Source: Podospora anserina (lineage: Eukaryota). Taken from it: a DNA stretch of 64,000 nt. Below the pieces are notes generated by a model. It ran no database searches. It was not told the DNA's origin and saw only the letters and a program-made list of their open reading frames with translations. The translations under genes and the position numbers were made by a program. This document shows positions 35,042 to 48,609 of the stretch, one piece after another (the stretch's first letter is position 1; every line of letters starts with the position of its first letter). Location of the stretch: assembly GCA_017654855.1 (NCBI GenBank), contig CM030338.1, positions 744,001 to 808,000 of the forward strand. Reading direction: 5' to 3'.

Positions 35042-37723
35042 TAAACCTGAACATGGCGTCGCTTCTGATACGGAAAGGAGGGTGCGAAATGCCCAATATT
35101 TGTTTTGATGATTATCTAGGTACCCGGTATCAGGTAGGTAGGCAGTGAACCGAGAAGTTCGACTTCAGAAATACAAAATTTGATATGAAACAGATACTCC
35201 ATGCCCGCCCCAACATGATTCGCAGCTAGCTGCTACCAAAACACACACGCTGACGCCTGATCTACAGACGCGACCACTGCATAGAACCCAACCTGCTCAA
35301 CTCTCCGTTGTGCCTCCAAGCCTCCCAATCCAGCACCTTGTCTTTACTGCAACGGCAGCTTTTGAGTGCTTCTCACTTCGCGACTGATCAGTCCCTTGTT
35401 CTCTTCGGCAGGGCTTTCCACCCAAAGTCGGTGAGGCCTGTATCTTGAACCCAGCGTAGGTTCGAGACCTACCGGCGCCGACCTGTGGGGACTGGGGGCT
35501 AGGCGCAGTGGTCACAAGCCCCATTTCCACCCAGAGCTCCAACTTCTCCCACACTGCTAAGCGAGAGAATTGGCCAAAGTACCTCAATTTATCAAACCGT
35601 TGGAGCAATTGAGTTTGTGGGAATGGTACTCACAGATTCAGAGCAAGAAGGGCAATAAAAAACACCCGGTTCTTCCCTGTTTCTATGTACAAGCTCTTCT
35701 GGCACCCTACTGCCCTCTTTCCCTCTCCTGCCTCCTTGTTGCGTACACAATAGTCCTTCCCGTCCGGATTAACCCTAACATTGATCGAACAAGCACAGGT
35801 TCCCTGAGAGAGCTCAGTCTTGGAAGGGGTTGTTCCGGGAAAGGTGTTTCCGAGATACTGGGCCGGAACATTAGGGGAATAGTACCCCGATTCAGCCCGT
35901 TCTACCTGCCGTGTGGCATTCGGCATCGGTCGTGCTCCAGCACCTGAAGAGGTGCCCACCAGCGCTCTTGAACTTCCCGACGGGACAGTACTTGATCAGC
36001 CTCTGGCGGAGACAGTATGGTCAACGGCGGCTGGAGCCATTTGGTCTCGAGTCCCTGGGGCGCATAATACTTAACATCCGCTCAGCAGAATCCGAGTCAT
36101 CGTTCCCCAATGGCATGTATTGCCATTGACGTGTCTGGTTTGGGCATAAATACCACTGTCCAGTCGCGTCGTCTACATAATATGCGAATCCATCGCTGCC
36201 CCGGACATCCCGGATTATCGCCAGCACACACAGGGAACAAACGTCAGTTAAGAGGTTCAAAAAGTGCTTGGAGTTGCTGTAGGGGTAGCAATTTCCAAAT
36301 ACTTACGCCGCAGGTCTTGCATAGTATCGCCCTCTCGCCGATGGGGGGGGTGGCTGAGTGAGCAGAACAACGGCGTCCGCGTGCTCTTTGCGACTTTGCG
36401 GATTTTGAATCTTTGACAGTAGCCTTTTAACTTCGAGGTAGTTTGCTGTGCTTCATTAGTGGCCGGACTGAGTAAAATAACGGCTAATTCGGGAAACTAG
36501 TTGGTACTTATCTTGAACGAGTTCTACAGCTGGTTGACGCCCAACACCTGCCTACGGCTGGTGTATGATCATGCCAGCGGCGTTGATATCTCATCTCTAT
36601 CTTGTAGGTTCATGTGATACAGTCACCTTTGCGGCTGGGAGGCTCAAGGTGACTTGATCGTGTGAGAAACGGGCCGTCGTATGGTCATACAGAATGTGAA
36701 ACCTTGAAAATGACAGGTTGGCTCCAATGTCATATCAGACGTGGCGGCAAAAGGGCGCCTTGATAGGTATTGGTGTACGGTCATAGGAGCTATCATGTTC
36801 GGGTGGCGAGTAACATGATGTTGGCTACCTTAACTTGAATGCCATTGACCAAAGCTCCTGAAATCCCAAGATTTATTTCAGATGTCTTACTTCATAATCA
36901 CGCATTCTTTTGTGGAACCACGGACGTTCTGTAGACGTTTCGAAGTATTCAGCACTCATTAGCTCTAGTTGCTGGGGTATTATTATAATCTCTATTGTAA
37001 ATGATGAGGTTAACTAGGTAGGTCCTTTGTTGTTATGGCGAGGCAAGAGCAACAGGAGTGTTTCTCATTTCAGGCACCTTGGAGAATGCGACTCACGGGT
37101 TGCCCCTTTTACCAGTAGCGGAAGGAACGGCGACCTGGACGTAGTTGGACCTCCACCTACCTACCTAGGTAAGGTACTGTGTGTGCTGGTGGTGATGTAA
37201 CAGGCAACAGCGGAGCTGGAAAGCGCCAGGGCTGAGAAACTACTCAGGGACAGCACCCCAAGGCAAGGACGGTTGGCGAGCCTTAAAGCAGGGTGTTTGT
37301 GGCAAAAAGGTTCACTGGGAAGAAGGCACTGCTCAACCGCCAGCAACTTGACGACATCCGCTGGTGGAGCCGCGGGCAATCTGCTGTCAATAGGTAGGTA
37401 GTCCATCAAAACTGAGGCAGAGCAAACATCCCACGCCCATTTCAAATCTGATGTTGAAGCTAGCTGCTACCAAAACAAACATACCTACTGGCGTCCGATC
37501 AACGGAGATACAAATGTAAAAGGCAACCTGTCCCAAGCTCCACTATTCCTCAAAGCCTTTTATTCCAATCATGTCTTCTCTCTTTGCTTCTCCTCCTCCT
37601 CCGCTCAATCATGCTGCCGATAAAGTAGTCCTGATACCTGTGCCTGCACAAGTAGTGTGAGCAAGCGGCAGATTCTGAGCGTACATGGTTCGTCCTGCGT
37701 TTATCTGACGTGACTGAAATTCC

Positions 37724-39053
37724 CTATGACATCCTTTGGCCAATGATTTGCACAACCCTAAACAAGAGAGTTAGCTGCCTCCGGTAAAGTGAGTTCCCTA
37801 TGACCCTAGAGGGAGAAAGCTCGAGGGCGAGATATGTACTCAATGCGTCACAGCAGGTGGGACAGAACGCTGAACCCTTCTCTGTCTGGCCGAAAAAACG
37901 CTCTTCGCACCCTCGTAACAGAGTTCTATCGCTACCACGCCTTCCCTCTTTAACGTTCCGCCTGGCTTTACAGTAATCTCTTTTAGTTTTGTCAGCGTGC
38001 CAGGCAACGCGACACGCACAAGGTCTCCACTGAGGCACAGGGGCTGTGGCTGTGACTGTGACTCGGAGGGCTTCTGACGCGGTTACTGGCACTGGAGCTG
38101 ATGCCTGAGTGGCGACTGTCCATGCATTTTGCTCGTAATCAAAGCCGGTCGGCATCGGAGCTGGTGTCTGAGGGTTGACTGCCCATCCGTAATAATTCTT
38201 GGCCGGATTCACTTGCACTGGAACTGGAGCTGGTGCCTCAGTGCTGACTGGCCGGTCATTTGCCCCGGAATCATAGCCCTCTGACATTGGAGCCGGTGAC
38301 TGAGTGCAGAATCCCAAGTCATTTGCCTCGTAATCATAGCCGGCTGGCACCGGAGCTGGTGCCCCAAAATGGTGTTGCCATGCAATCTGCCTCGTAATTA
38401 TAGCCGCCCGTGCCGGCTGCCATATCTGACTGTGGTGCAAATTAAGATTCTGCTTCGAAAGCGGCTTGAAATTGTTGATCTGGAATCTTGCCCATTGATC
38501 CAGACGTCATATCTTTCAGCCATCTCGAAGGCGTGATTTTCGTTGGTCTCGAAGATGCACCGGCGCGGCTGTCTCGTCCTCTCTTGGGCAACGATCTGAC
38601 CTTTGGCTCCGACACTTTCTCAGCTCCTCGACTTCTCTTTGACAATTGTGCGACGCTGGGAGCCGTTCGTATGAGGGAGCCCCCTAGGACCGTGTAGCCT
38701 GACATGAATCTTGTCGAAGTCTTTTTAGAAGCAGCTTGGGCTTTGTTGCCTTCAGAGGAATCGGCTAAGGTTGTATAGTCTGATGTGATCCATGTCGGCG
38801 AAGTCGTGGCGATGCTAGGGTCAGTATAACCAGTAGTTGAAGCCGATTGAGCTTGAGATTTCTGATTGAGCGCTGCGTCTGCTAGCGCATGCAGGCCGTA
38901 CGGTCCACTATACTGAGGGACCTCGTCTGCCCTTCTCATTACACCTCCCGCAGACAAATCCGCAGTGCCCTCTTCACCCAGCTGCCGTATAATTGGTAGC
39001 TGCAATCGGCCAGCAATAGTAGACATTAGCATGATGCTTAAGTGGCCTTGCAT
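37724..39053 (-). pseudogene. Orphan, probably broken gene with internal ~20-aa repeats
   Basis: Two abutting out-of-frame ORFs (39053-38442 and 38440-37724). The structure is uncertain. Confidence 0.4.
38080..38365 (-). repeat. Imperfect ~60-bp tandem repeat (~5 units)
   Basis: APAPVPAGYDYEAND / SPAPMSEGYDSGAND / APAPVPVQVNPAKN / TPAPMPTGFDYEQN / ASAPVPV. Recurrent GGAGCTGGTG on the + strand. Confidence 0.75.
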
Positions 39054-40752
39054 AGACTCATGCTGGTGGCAGAGGTTGATGACTTACACCACATCTCCCA
39101 CACAGTTGCCCCCAAACCCGCGGCGCTTACTGCGATTGCACCTACACCGACCGTCACACTGGGACATGTTGTTTCTTTGCGATTTTCTAGCTCTTTGGAA
39201 GCGCCTTGTAAAGACTGTCTACCGCAGTTGGATTGCTTCGTTGATAGAATGAGTTGTTTTACCAGTGAGTAAGCAAGGTGGGTAAATAGGTACTTATATA
39301 GAAAGTCGTTCTGCGACTAATTGACTTCCGGCGCCTCGCGCATGGTGGGCATATGATTCCGCCTCCATGTTTGCTATCTCATCTCTTCGTATCTCCACAT
39401 GATTTGATAATTTGCGCAGCTTGGGTGAACCAGAGCCAACCCAATGCCGGGACACAGCCAAGTCTCATGTATTCACCGATTGTCAACAATGTGTGACTTT
39501 TTGATCGCCCAGTGCTAGAATTCATGTGAGCATCATCAAGGGCTATGTTGGTGGCGACTGTTTCAGGAACGTTCTCGTGGTAGCATCACGTCGGGAGAAT
39601 ATTCAGAAGAAACTAGATTATGAGTTTTGGTACCTGAGGAACAAGGCATTTATCTCCGTTGGCACTGGTCAAAGCTTTCCAGAATGACCACCGCAGGCTT
39701 TCTTCCAAACAATCCAGTCCATATTCTTAAAACAGGGAGGCCCTGGTGATTCGTTCTGGGCGTAGGTGGGCATGACAGTTCAGTGCACTGAAGATCATTT
39801 GATTGCCCAACAAAGAACGGCAGTTGTTCTCAGCAAACTAGACCAGAAAATAAATATACGGCCCAGATTCATAGTATTCATCTATTGGAAATTTGACCAT
39901 ATGTTTTCTGGAAGTATTCAGTGCCTCGCAGCTGGAACAGATGGATTATCATTTCTGTTCAGGGGCCATTGTTTACAAACTGATAAGAGAGAGTGGGTCT
40001 TTTGAAAAGGCGCTCTTGAGCTCAAGAAATGAAAGTTTCCAAGCAGGAACCAAGAGATCCGTCGTCAATGATATGCAGGTAAGGAAATTTCAGGTTCTGA
40101 TCTCCAGCTGTCACGGCTGTCAGAATGGGTGTTCAATCGGCAAGGTCGATCAATTTCCCGTTCCCTGTCCTGCCCAACGCCGCCATCACCCCTTTTTTTG
40201 CGACAACCTACCACACACACGCCTTCTCTTGAAATCAACAGCAAAGTTCCAACATTGACACACTATTACTATACTAGCTCTAACTATATCGAGACGATGG
40301 ATCTATTGAGGCTGTCTGAGAAAAGCCCTGGAGCCAGACTTATAAGTGTGCAGCTGGAGGAGAAAGCCAAGTGACTTTGCTAAATTGTAGACTTATGTGG
40401 TCAGCACACCATCCCTGAAACGGTCACAGACTTGCAAGCTCTAAGCCAGTTTCAGCCAGGAAGGATTCATTCTTTGCGACTGCCAGCATGCATCAAGGAA
40501 CGGAGGTTATAAAGTCCCAGCAGATATCAGCCACATGCCTCAAAGCGCAGCTAACAGCCAATATTCGTTTCTCGTCAGTTCAAAGATTCTCACTTCTTTT
40601 CTCGCCCGGTTCTATTCTCTCCTCCACAGTCTGATAATCTTACCCTGCCTAGGAACCTAGATACTGGCCTTTATGTATCAGCACCTCAGGACCTGAGACC
40701 CATGATAAAAGACTGACAGACATTTCAATCCGGCGCTAACGAGAGAGGGGTG

Positions 40753-41999
40753 ATGACTCTCAATCTCACCAGGAACTTCTTGCTTCTAGCAAGTATTGCC
40801 ACGAAGATTGGTGCCTCGCCACAAAGGCATTCGGGTTGGGCCTCACCGGAGCCCACCGGCACAAAAACACAAGATGGACTAGAGTATCTTCGGATATCGC
40901 ATAAGCCTACGGATGCCCCGATCCTGGCCACATCACGAGAGTTGCGTCGCGGGGATGATGATGCTGGCGTCTGCGGTTACTTCGACAACCCCGCTATTCG
41001 TACGTGATGCTTAATACTTTCCTATCATATATGAGTCTAACAGCACTTTATTTCAGCGGCTTATCACTGCCTTCCACACGAAACATGCACCAACATCGGC
41101 AACTATCGCGCGTGTTGCCCCAAGGGAGATTGGTGCGCAGATTTGGACTCTCACCACACAGCATGCGTGGATTACACCCATGCCGCGTGCCTCTATCCAA
41201 CGCCAGGCACGTTATGTTGGTAAGAGCCCTTCAAGTTCTCGTAGCAAGTCGGTACGATACTAACTATTGGACCCTCAGTAATGGCGAAGACGGTTATGGC
41301 TATTGCCGGCAATACCACTGGTCAACATCTGCAACACCGAATCGAACCTTCACGGTCTTTGCCTGCATGCCAGGGAAACACACCGATGTTGGCACGCTCT
41401 TACCCACCCCGCCCTCGGGCTCCAGTCTCGCCACCGAATCATCGAACGATCCCAGCTACGAGGACTTGCTACGTTTCGGAGGCTCTACATTCTCATCGAC
41501 GTCAGACACGCCATCAAGCAAAAGCGAAACACCAGTTGGGGCCATTGTGGGAGGGGCTATTGGGGGTCTGGCCGTCATAGGAGCAGTCATTGTCGCCATC
41601 TTCTTCATGTTCTTCCGCAGCAAGAAGCAGGTGACTGAGGCGAAATCAGGGCCAGGATCGTCGACATCGTTGTCGGATCATGAGCAGTCGGTTGACCTGC
41701 TGCCTCAACAGTCGCCGATTGCTAGGACATGGAGGCCTTCTTCTATATCCTATGCACCCCCACTCTCGGGTCCGGGGTTCACACTGCCGTATCCCAAAGG
41801 AACAAGCACGATTGTGTCACCCGAGAGCGAAGACGACTCGCTAGAACAACAACGACAACATCAACCGTTAATGTCGATGCGGGGACCAATGAGCCCTGTC
41901 AATGCTGTTCCGGTCGAGATCGGAAAGGCCAAGGAGTCTCCTATTGAACTGGCTGAAACGTGCGGACACTATGAGCTTGCGTCACATCCTGTCAAGTGA
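40753..41999 (+). CDS. Type I membrane protein with Cys-rich ectodomain, Ser/Thr stalk and single TM (Mid2-like topology); 2 introns (~41000-41057, ~41220-41278)
   Basis: N-terminal signal-like segment, CGYF..CTNIGNYRACC..ACVDY..TLC, TM VGAIVGGAIGGLAVIGAVIVAIFFMFF followed by RSKK, and a cytosolic tail with PIELA. Confidence 0.8.
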
Positions 42000-42325
42000 A
42001 ATCGAAGTAGTGTGGCATATGGGTTTATAGCGAGTCCAGATATAGGGTACAAGTAATACAGTGTATTTTCTGATAGAGAAGATAAGCGAACTGGAAGAAA
42101 CCCAGACCTACACAAAGCCTTCTTATACCACAAGAGCTTATCCGTGGGTCAAGCGCTGGAGACCCGTGTAAGTTGATAGGACTTTACTGGTCAGCGGCAA
42201 GGTTTCGTTTGCAGAAAACGCTTTTGTTGACTCTGATGAACAGCACGCTAGCATTGTTAGGTATACACATTTTCATTTTCAGGGCATACGCTTTGTATAT
42301 AGGTACCTATGGGTTACTGCAACAT

Positions 42326-43093
42326 CTACTCTTCGAGGTAGACTCCTTGGCCACCTTCCGACTCAACAAAGCCACACATTCTCAAAATAATCCTCGCAGT
42401 ATCTCCGTCAACGTCTACATTCCCAACGTATCCCAACCACCCCTCTCCAACCTTAGCCATCGCAGCCGCACTATCACCCGTTGAATCAGAATACCAGCTC
42501 TCACCGGGTTTCATTCCCTCCGCCCGCAGCTTAACAGCATTCCAATCAACTACATCAGGCAATGCATCTTCCCCCTGTCCCGGAGCCTCAGCCCTTCCAT
42601 ATTCACCCCGTGAACAACCAGCAAACTTCCAATCCAACCCCTTGATCTTAGAGAGCATGGTGTCAAAGTCTCTTGGGATAACACCACACGGAAATCCGCA
42701 GCAAATAATCACCCTGCCCCCCTTTCGGATGTAATTCTTGAGGAGCAGATGCCATATGGGAGAATGGCGAGGGAAGGTGATGCCGTGGTCAGCAATCAAT
42801 ACAGCACTGAAGCTGTTCGCGACCTCTCGGTGGGAAAACATCTCCAGGGCATCTTCGGGGTCTTCGGCCTTCAAGATTCTGCCCGACTCTGCCGGCAAAG
42901 CATGTAAGAGGTTCTCGTATTCGGTGTCGAACCAAGAGGGCGACTGTAGGGAGAGAAGAAGGACGTGCCTCGGGATACGTAAGGGTCTGAGAACTGTCCT
43001 GTCGCCGTGGACTATGGTGGTTGAATTGCCGTTGACGGTGGTTCGTTCGCACGTATGCGACTGGTGGTCGCTGTGGTGGTTCGTGGTAGCCAT
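42326..43093 (-). CDS. Hypothetical alpha/beta protein
   Basis: VLLLSL..SAVLIADHGI..YIRKGGRVII..GWLGYVGNV, a pattern seen in a fungal conserved hypothetical family. Start at MATTNHH. Confidence 0.7.
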   Translation of the reverse strand: MATTNHHSDHQSHTCERTTVNGNSTTIVHGDRTVLRPLRIPRHVLLLSLQSPSWFDTEYENLLHALPAESGRILKAEDPEDALEMFSHREVANSFSAVLIADHGITFPRHSPIWHLLLKNYIRKGGRVIICCGFPCGVIPRDFDTMLSKIKGLDWKFAGCSRGEYGRAEAPGQGEDALPDVVDWNAVKLRAEGMKPGESWYSDSTGDSAAAMAKVGEGWLGYVGNVDVDGDTARIILRMCGFVESEGGQGVYLEE

Positions 43094-43837
43094 CTTAGAC
43101 GATAAAGGGGTTGGTAAACAAATATACAGACTCTGCAAAGTCGAGTGATATACCTTGACAACTATCCAAGCTTTGAGACATTGAGGAAGATGGGTCTCAA
43201 GAGGAGGTTTCTGAATGTAAAAGTCGAGAAGCAGTCGGAAGAAGAAGCAGTAGGGAGTGACTGTTGATTTTACCATTCAGTTCACGTGGTCAAAGACAGC
43301 GTCACCAGAAGAGCAACAAGCAGGTGGGTTGTCACCTTATCGCGTTATCGGACATGACAGTACGATAACAAACCCCTGAACAGTGCTCACAAATGTTAAC
43401 TGGCAGAATTTTGCCATGTTGCCCCGCCTTTGTCTTATTTCAGGATATTCCTGCAAGGACCCATTTGTTCCTTTTGATGTATGCTGTATCTTCTTCTGAC
43501 CTGTCGAAATTCGAGCCTTGATCATGGTTGAAGGATGAGGGTGTAAAATAGAGAACCTGGCATACCTAAGATAAATCATCATTGTGTTTGAGTCAATTCA
43601 AGCAATGTTGTCAAAATTATTGCCTAAAGGTCAGTAAAATTTGATGAAAACAAAGCTATGTTCTTTGCCAACTCATAGCTACCTTTACTTAGTCGTTACC
43701 AACCTAATATTCAACTTTCCACATTATAACCTCAAAAACTAACCAATCAATCCATGCTTGCTTTGAAATGACTTTCGTCACCCTTCCATGTTTCTCTAAG
43801 ACCTCGAACTGCAATATCATCACTTCTTCCCAGCCTG

Positions 43838-45209
43838 TCAATGTGCCTGTTGATTTGCCACCCCCATGCGGGCCAACTTCCCAGTATCAAAAGAGATAGC
43901 AAGAATCCAGAAGATGGTCGCGAGGGGCATAATTTGTCCAATACTCCGGATTTCCTGCTCAGGGCTGCCACCACCATTGGCAACCTCCATCCAGCCTGAC
44001 ATGTCAACCCAGTCCCGCAGAATTGTGAGGTGGGCATATGACAGGAAGCACGGGATGCTGCACAACACAACAAACGCTGTTGTCATGAAGACATTCTGGT
44101 GATAATTCGGCCTATTTCTCGTCAAGAACTTCTCCAGATGGGCACCAACGTATCCCACTGCTAGCATATAGCAAAAGACAAAGGCTGGGTTGACCTTAGG
44201 CCCGGGCCCGCCAATCGCGTCTCTCTGCTCAGGGGCCAGGCTGATAAACGGGTCCAGGTCAGGATCGAGAAAACATGCCATGGGAAGGAGAAGCGAGCTG
44301 TCGGAACGGCCCGGGGTTGGGATGAACATCAGTTCGGGGGACGTGTTCCTTTCCATTTGGTAGTACAGGTACCGACAAAGAAATGCATATATGATGATGG
44401 AGGCGGCCGTTCGCAGGCATCCGATCCATTTGGACCTCCAAAAGTCGTCAAGTACATAGACTGAAAGTGTGACGCAAGACAGTGACAAGATGAGTGTATC
44501 GACGGCGAAGTTGTAGTGGTAGGCTGAAAGGGTGCATTTGGACTCCAGACCAAAGTTGAGGGCATAGGAGAAGGCGAGGACAAGTTGAGCATCGATCGTC
44601 ACCCTGAAGAGCTCTTTCATCCAGGACTTGAGCCAGGAGTAGACCCCTTTGGCTGTGTTCTTTCCTTTCTGTGCCATGCTGGAGGGGTGACCCTTGCTGT
44701 TGCTTTTGTTCGTTGTGGGAAGACTATGAAGATATTGTTAGTATCTGTGGATTACAAGAGGCATTCGGTTGAGACCTACATCTTTGATTTCTTTCCCCGG
44801 AGGCGATATGACCACTCCCGCACTACAAACAGAATAGCCACGATGTTGACGAAAAGTGCCGAGGCGAGAGATATCCACACCTAGAATACCATGGTTAGAA
44901 GATACCATTCGAATGAAACTTGGTACTTGGTACGTAGCCCCGCGGAGTGGGTGTGGTTCAGGGTAGAAATCAACTTACTCCGTATCCAGCAATGTCTGGG
45001 TTAGCTTCGAAGTGGCCACGAGTTATATTGCCATATGAATTGACAGTGTTGTTGGAGAAAAAGTTGACAACACAGCTGGTGCTGAGGTCAACACCGAGAA
45101 GACAACAGTCATGCTGAAGATTGGTCTCATAATTGGAGGACAGGAAATAGGGCACCCATTGCAAGAAGTTGTGCTGCACACCGTCTTGTGCACAGGTTGG
45201 TGATGCCAT
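43838..45209 (-). CDS. Multi-pass membrane protein of an expanded fungal family, 3 exons
   Basis: ANPDIAGYG/V, DAQLV..CTLSAYHY, and terminal SIGQIMPL with several hydrophobic helices. Introns ~44882-44978 and ~44721-44778. Confidence 0.75.
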
Positions 45210-46569
45210 GATGTTCAGATATGCTCGAGAGACAACTGAGAAGCTTGTGGTCCTTGGGGAAAACAACACGGACAATAGAGAACTCCATGACTTTTTAACT
45301 TGAGAGACTTACCTACTTCAAGTTCTCCTCCGGTCACTTCGCCCGAGAAGGCTACCTCTCCCTCCCATTGCAAACCCCAAATTTAAACCAAGGGTTGCAC
45401 TGTGCCGCATAAAGTTCAACAAGGCGATGCTGAGCATGAGTGGTTCCTCTGTGATGGTGTAGTGGTGTTGAAGCCCAGCCTTGTGGTGATTAGAACCTAT
45501 TAAAATAGGTTTCTACAGTTGGCGTGGGTTGCCGTTGAAGACTACAGGTGGTCCTATATGCAGGCCCCACTCAACTCCTGTATGTCTTGACCGCGCCGCT
45601 TCAAGGCCGTTTAGTAGACCGGCGTATGTTACAGATTTGTGGAAATGATCGACTCCAGAATGGAAACTACTGGTTTGATACAAATAGAAAGGCTGCTCTG
45701 TTGCATAGGAAGGGAACGGCCCGCGGAGTTCCGATACTGAGGCTGAATACGAACTTGACTTGAATGGTCAGGACTTGAGAAGGGATCCAAACACACCTAC
45801 AGCCATAGAAGGCATCAACCAAGTGGCCCCCAACGGGACACATAGCTGCAGTATGCAGTATGTCGATCAGGAGGTCGTATGGGCGCAAGGCTGTGGGTGA
45901 AGTGGCAAGTATCGCACACCACTACGATGAATTCTACATAAGGGTGCTGCAATAAGAAAGTTTGTCAGTCTTCAAGGCTTAAAACTCCAATTTCCACCAC
46001 GGCTTGTGTGGTCTGGCCGTTAGGTTGCTCTTGACCAATTTCCAAGAGAAAGCTCTAACAGAGCTGACAAAAGACTTCTGACAAATGAGATATTGTGGCA
46101 TGGATAAGCTGGAAGAGGTTCGTGACAGCGTCGTTGTGTTTGGTAAACGGGGCCAGGGTTGGGGTTGCAAGGTGCAGAAGCCAAGGCATCGGAAGCAGGG
46201 GCGGCCTGTCAGAATTTGTCACGTGTATGTCACTTGGCAGTCAAGCACAGGCCAATGGGCCCATTGCATCACTAATAAACCCCCCACCACGGTTGATTGG
46301 CTAGCCGACGCCCGATTTTTGGGTTCCATTTGCTTTCCAACGAAGGCAGAAAGATCAACGGCAGCTATCTTAGTGATCATAAAAGTGATTCCCTTTCCAC
46401 TCAACCCGCCAGCGACTGTTGCCTGCCGTTTTCAGCGAACAACCGCGACCACCAGCTCCCCGGACACGTCCAGACTCGACCAAGCCATCGTCTTTGGCAC
46501 ACCGACCCGAGTCCACGAACCACAACAACATCCCCTCTGTTTACAGTTCCACACAACCAAATCGTCAAG

Positions 46570-47521
46570 ATGGGTGAATCGCGGTTCGTGCTCCCGACGC
46601 CGCGTCCACACGGCGCGGGGTCCTGGTGATCCGTCCCCAGCAACAGCAACGACTGACGAATGTTTTGCACACAGGCAAGAGCTTGTGCAGTGGCTCAACA
46701 GCCTCCTGCAGCTCAACATCACCAAGGTCGAGCAATGTGGTACTGGGTACGTCGTCGATGCCCCTCCCCTGCAGTTGAGCTCGAGGAACACCAGAGACTG
46801 ACAATGGACGCCCGGAAACAGCGCCGCCCTCTGCCAGGTCTACGACAGCATCTTCCAAGATGTCCCCATGTCCCGAGTCAAGTTCAATGCCAACACCGAA
46901 TATGCATACATTCAGAATTTCAAAGTCCTGCAAAGTGAGTCTTTGCCGAGCTCCTTTGAGGTTACCGTCTCTAACTATCTGCCTCTAGACACCTTCACCC
47001 GGCATCACATCGACCGATCGATCCCCGTAGAGTCGCTCGTGAAGTGCAAGATGCAAGACAATCTTGAGTTCCTGCAGTGGACCAAAAAGTTCTGGGACCA
47101 ATACTATCCCGGCGGTGACTACGATGCCGTGGCCAGACGGAAGGGCGCCCCAACCGGACCTGCTGGAGGTGCGGCTCCCCGCGTGACGGCGTCTGCGGCG
47201 AGACGTCCGGGTGGGACCACTCCCACCACCGGCCCTCGAGTTGGGGCCAAGGCCGCTGCTCCCAGCGCCGCCTCTCTCGCCCTGCAACAGGAGAACACCA
47301 CCCTTAAGGAGACCGTCGTCGGCCTTGAGAGGGAGCGTGATTTCTACTTCAGCAAGCTCCGCGACATTGAGCTCCTTGTCCAGCAAGCTGTGGAGGAGGA
47401 CCCCGAGCTCGAGAAGCAAGAGGACGGCCTGGTCAAGCAGATTCAGACCATCCTGTACTCGACCGAGGAAGGCTTTGAGATTCCCGAGACGGAGCAGCTT
47501 GACGACCAAGAGACATTTTAA
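46570..47521 (+). CDS. BIM1: Microtubule plus-end binding protein EB1 (Bim1/Mal3), 4 exons
   Basis: MGESR/QELVQWLNSLLQLNITKVEQCGTG/AALCQVYDSIF..KCKMQDNLEFLQW (CH domain), LERERDFYFSKLRDIELL (EBH domain) and C-terminal ETF. Confidence 0.96.
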
Positions 47522-48609
47522 GGCATGGAATGCCACAGTATTCTGATTTGATGAAGCTATGGTTCGGGAAATCCGACGCCGTTGTAGACGGATACAAAAC
47601 AAATCAGGGGGAAGGCGTGGTGGTGGACAAAAGCAAAAGGATTGATGTTAGTGCGGAGTTGCCTTCTATACCCCAAAAGCCCCTCATGGGTGCTGCTTTG
47701 CCTACCCTACTTAGTCTTGTTGGCTCTCACCACGACGTACCGGGTGTGGGGGCGAGTTCTGATAGACAACAAGCATTTATGACATGGAATTTGTAATCAG
47801 CGAAGCTAATACTTACTTTCTATTGCGAGTGATGGACATTTGGAAGGAATTGAATATCGAGGCACTGGTGTTGACGCCTGAATGCGGGACTTGAGTGTGG
47901 GGGAGCGGGTAGCAGAAGATATGCAGGTCGAAAGAGTCAGAAACCTGAGTTGCGTAACCGAGCCGAGACCCTGGAATTCAGGCAGGTGGGTTGAGGAATA
48001 TCCTATGGGACTTATGCCGTAAGCTGAGCCCCAATATCAACTCCTATTTCTCTCTTGTTCTCGTGATGGTCACTTTTGGTGTCTCATTATGCCAGTTGAC
48101 TTGGTGTGGTGTTTAGTGTCAGGGTCAGGGTTATCAGTGTAGGACACTAAACCAGCCACCCGCAACCCAATCCGGCAACAATGACACCACTGGGCCTCGT
48201 GGGCGTCAAGTGGCAGGCACCGAGCGAAGCTCGGAATCAAAGGTTCCCACTTACAATCAACAACCTTTTCTATTTTGCTGCGCCATTCAAGATACCCTCT
48301 TCTTCAAATTGTTTGCTGTCTTTTCTATCTTTCGTCCTTTCCACATTTCACGGCTCCAAGCGGCGCAGTGCCATCTCAAAGCAAGCGCCCCATCCGTTGA
48401 TGCCCAGCTGAGGGTCCCGAACTCATCACCATCATCCGAAACACCCTGACCGACTCGACCGACCGCAACTAACCACGCTCGGTCGCGTGTGTGTGCATTT
48501 CCCCAGGGTGTTAAACTTGACAACAGCTGGGGAATTTCCTCGACACGCGGTATTCAACAACCGTTACTATCACCATCAGCCAACACCACCCCCGCCGCGC
48601 AACTACAAG

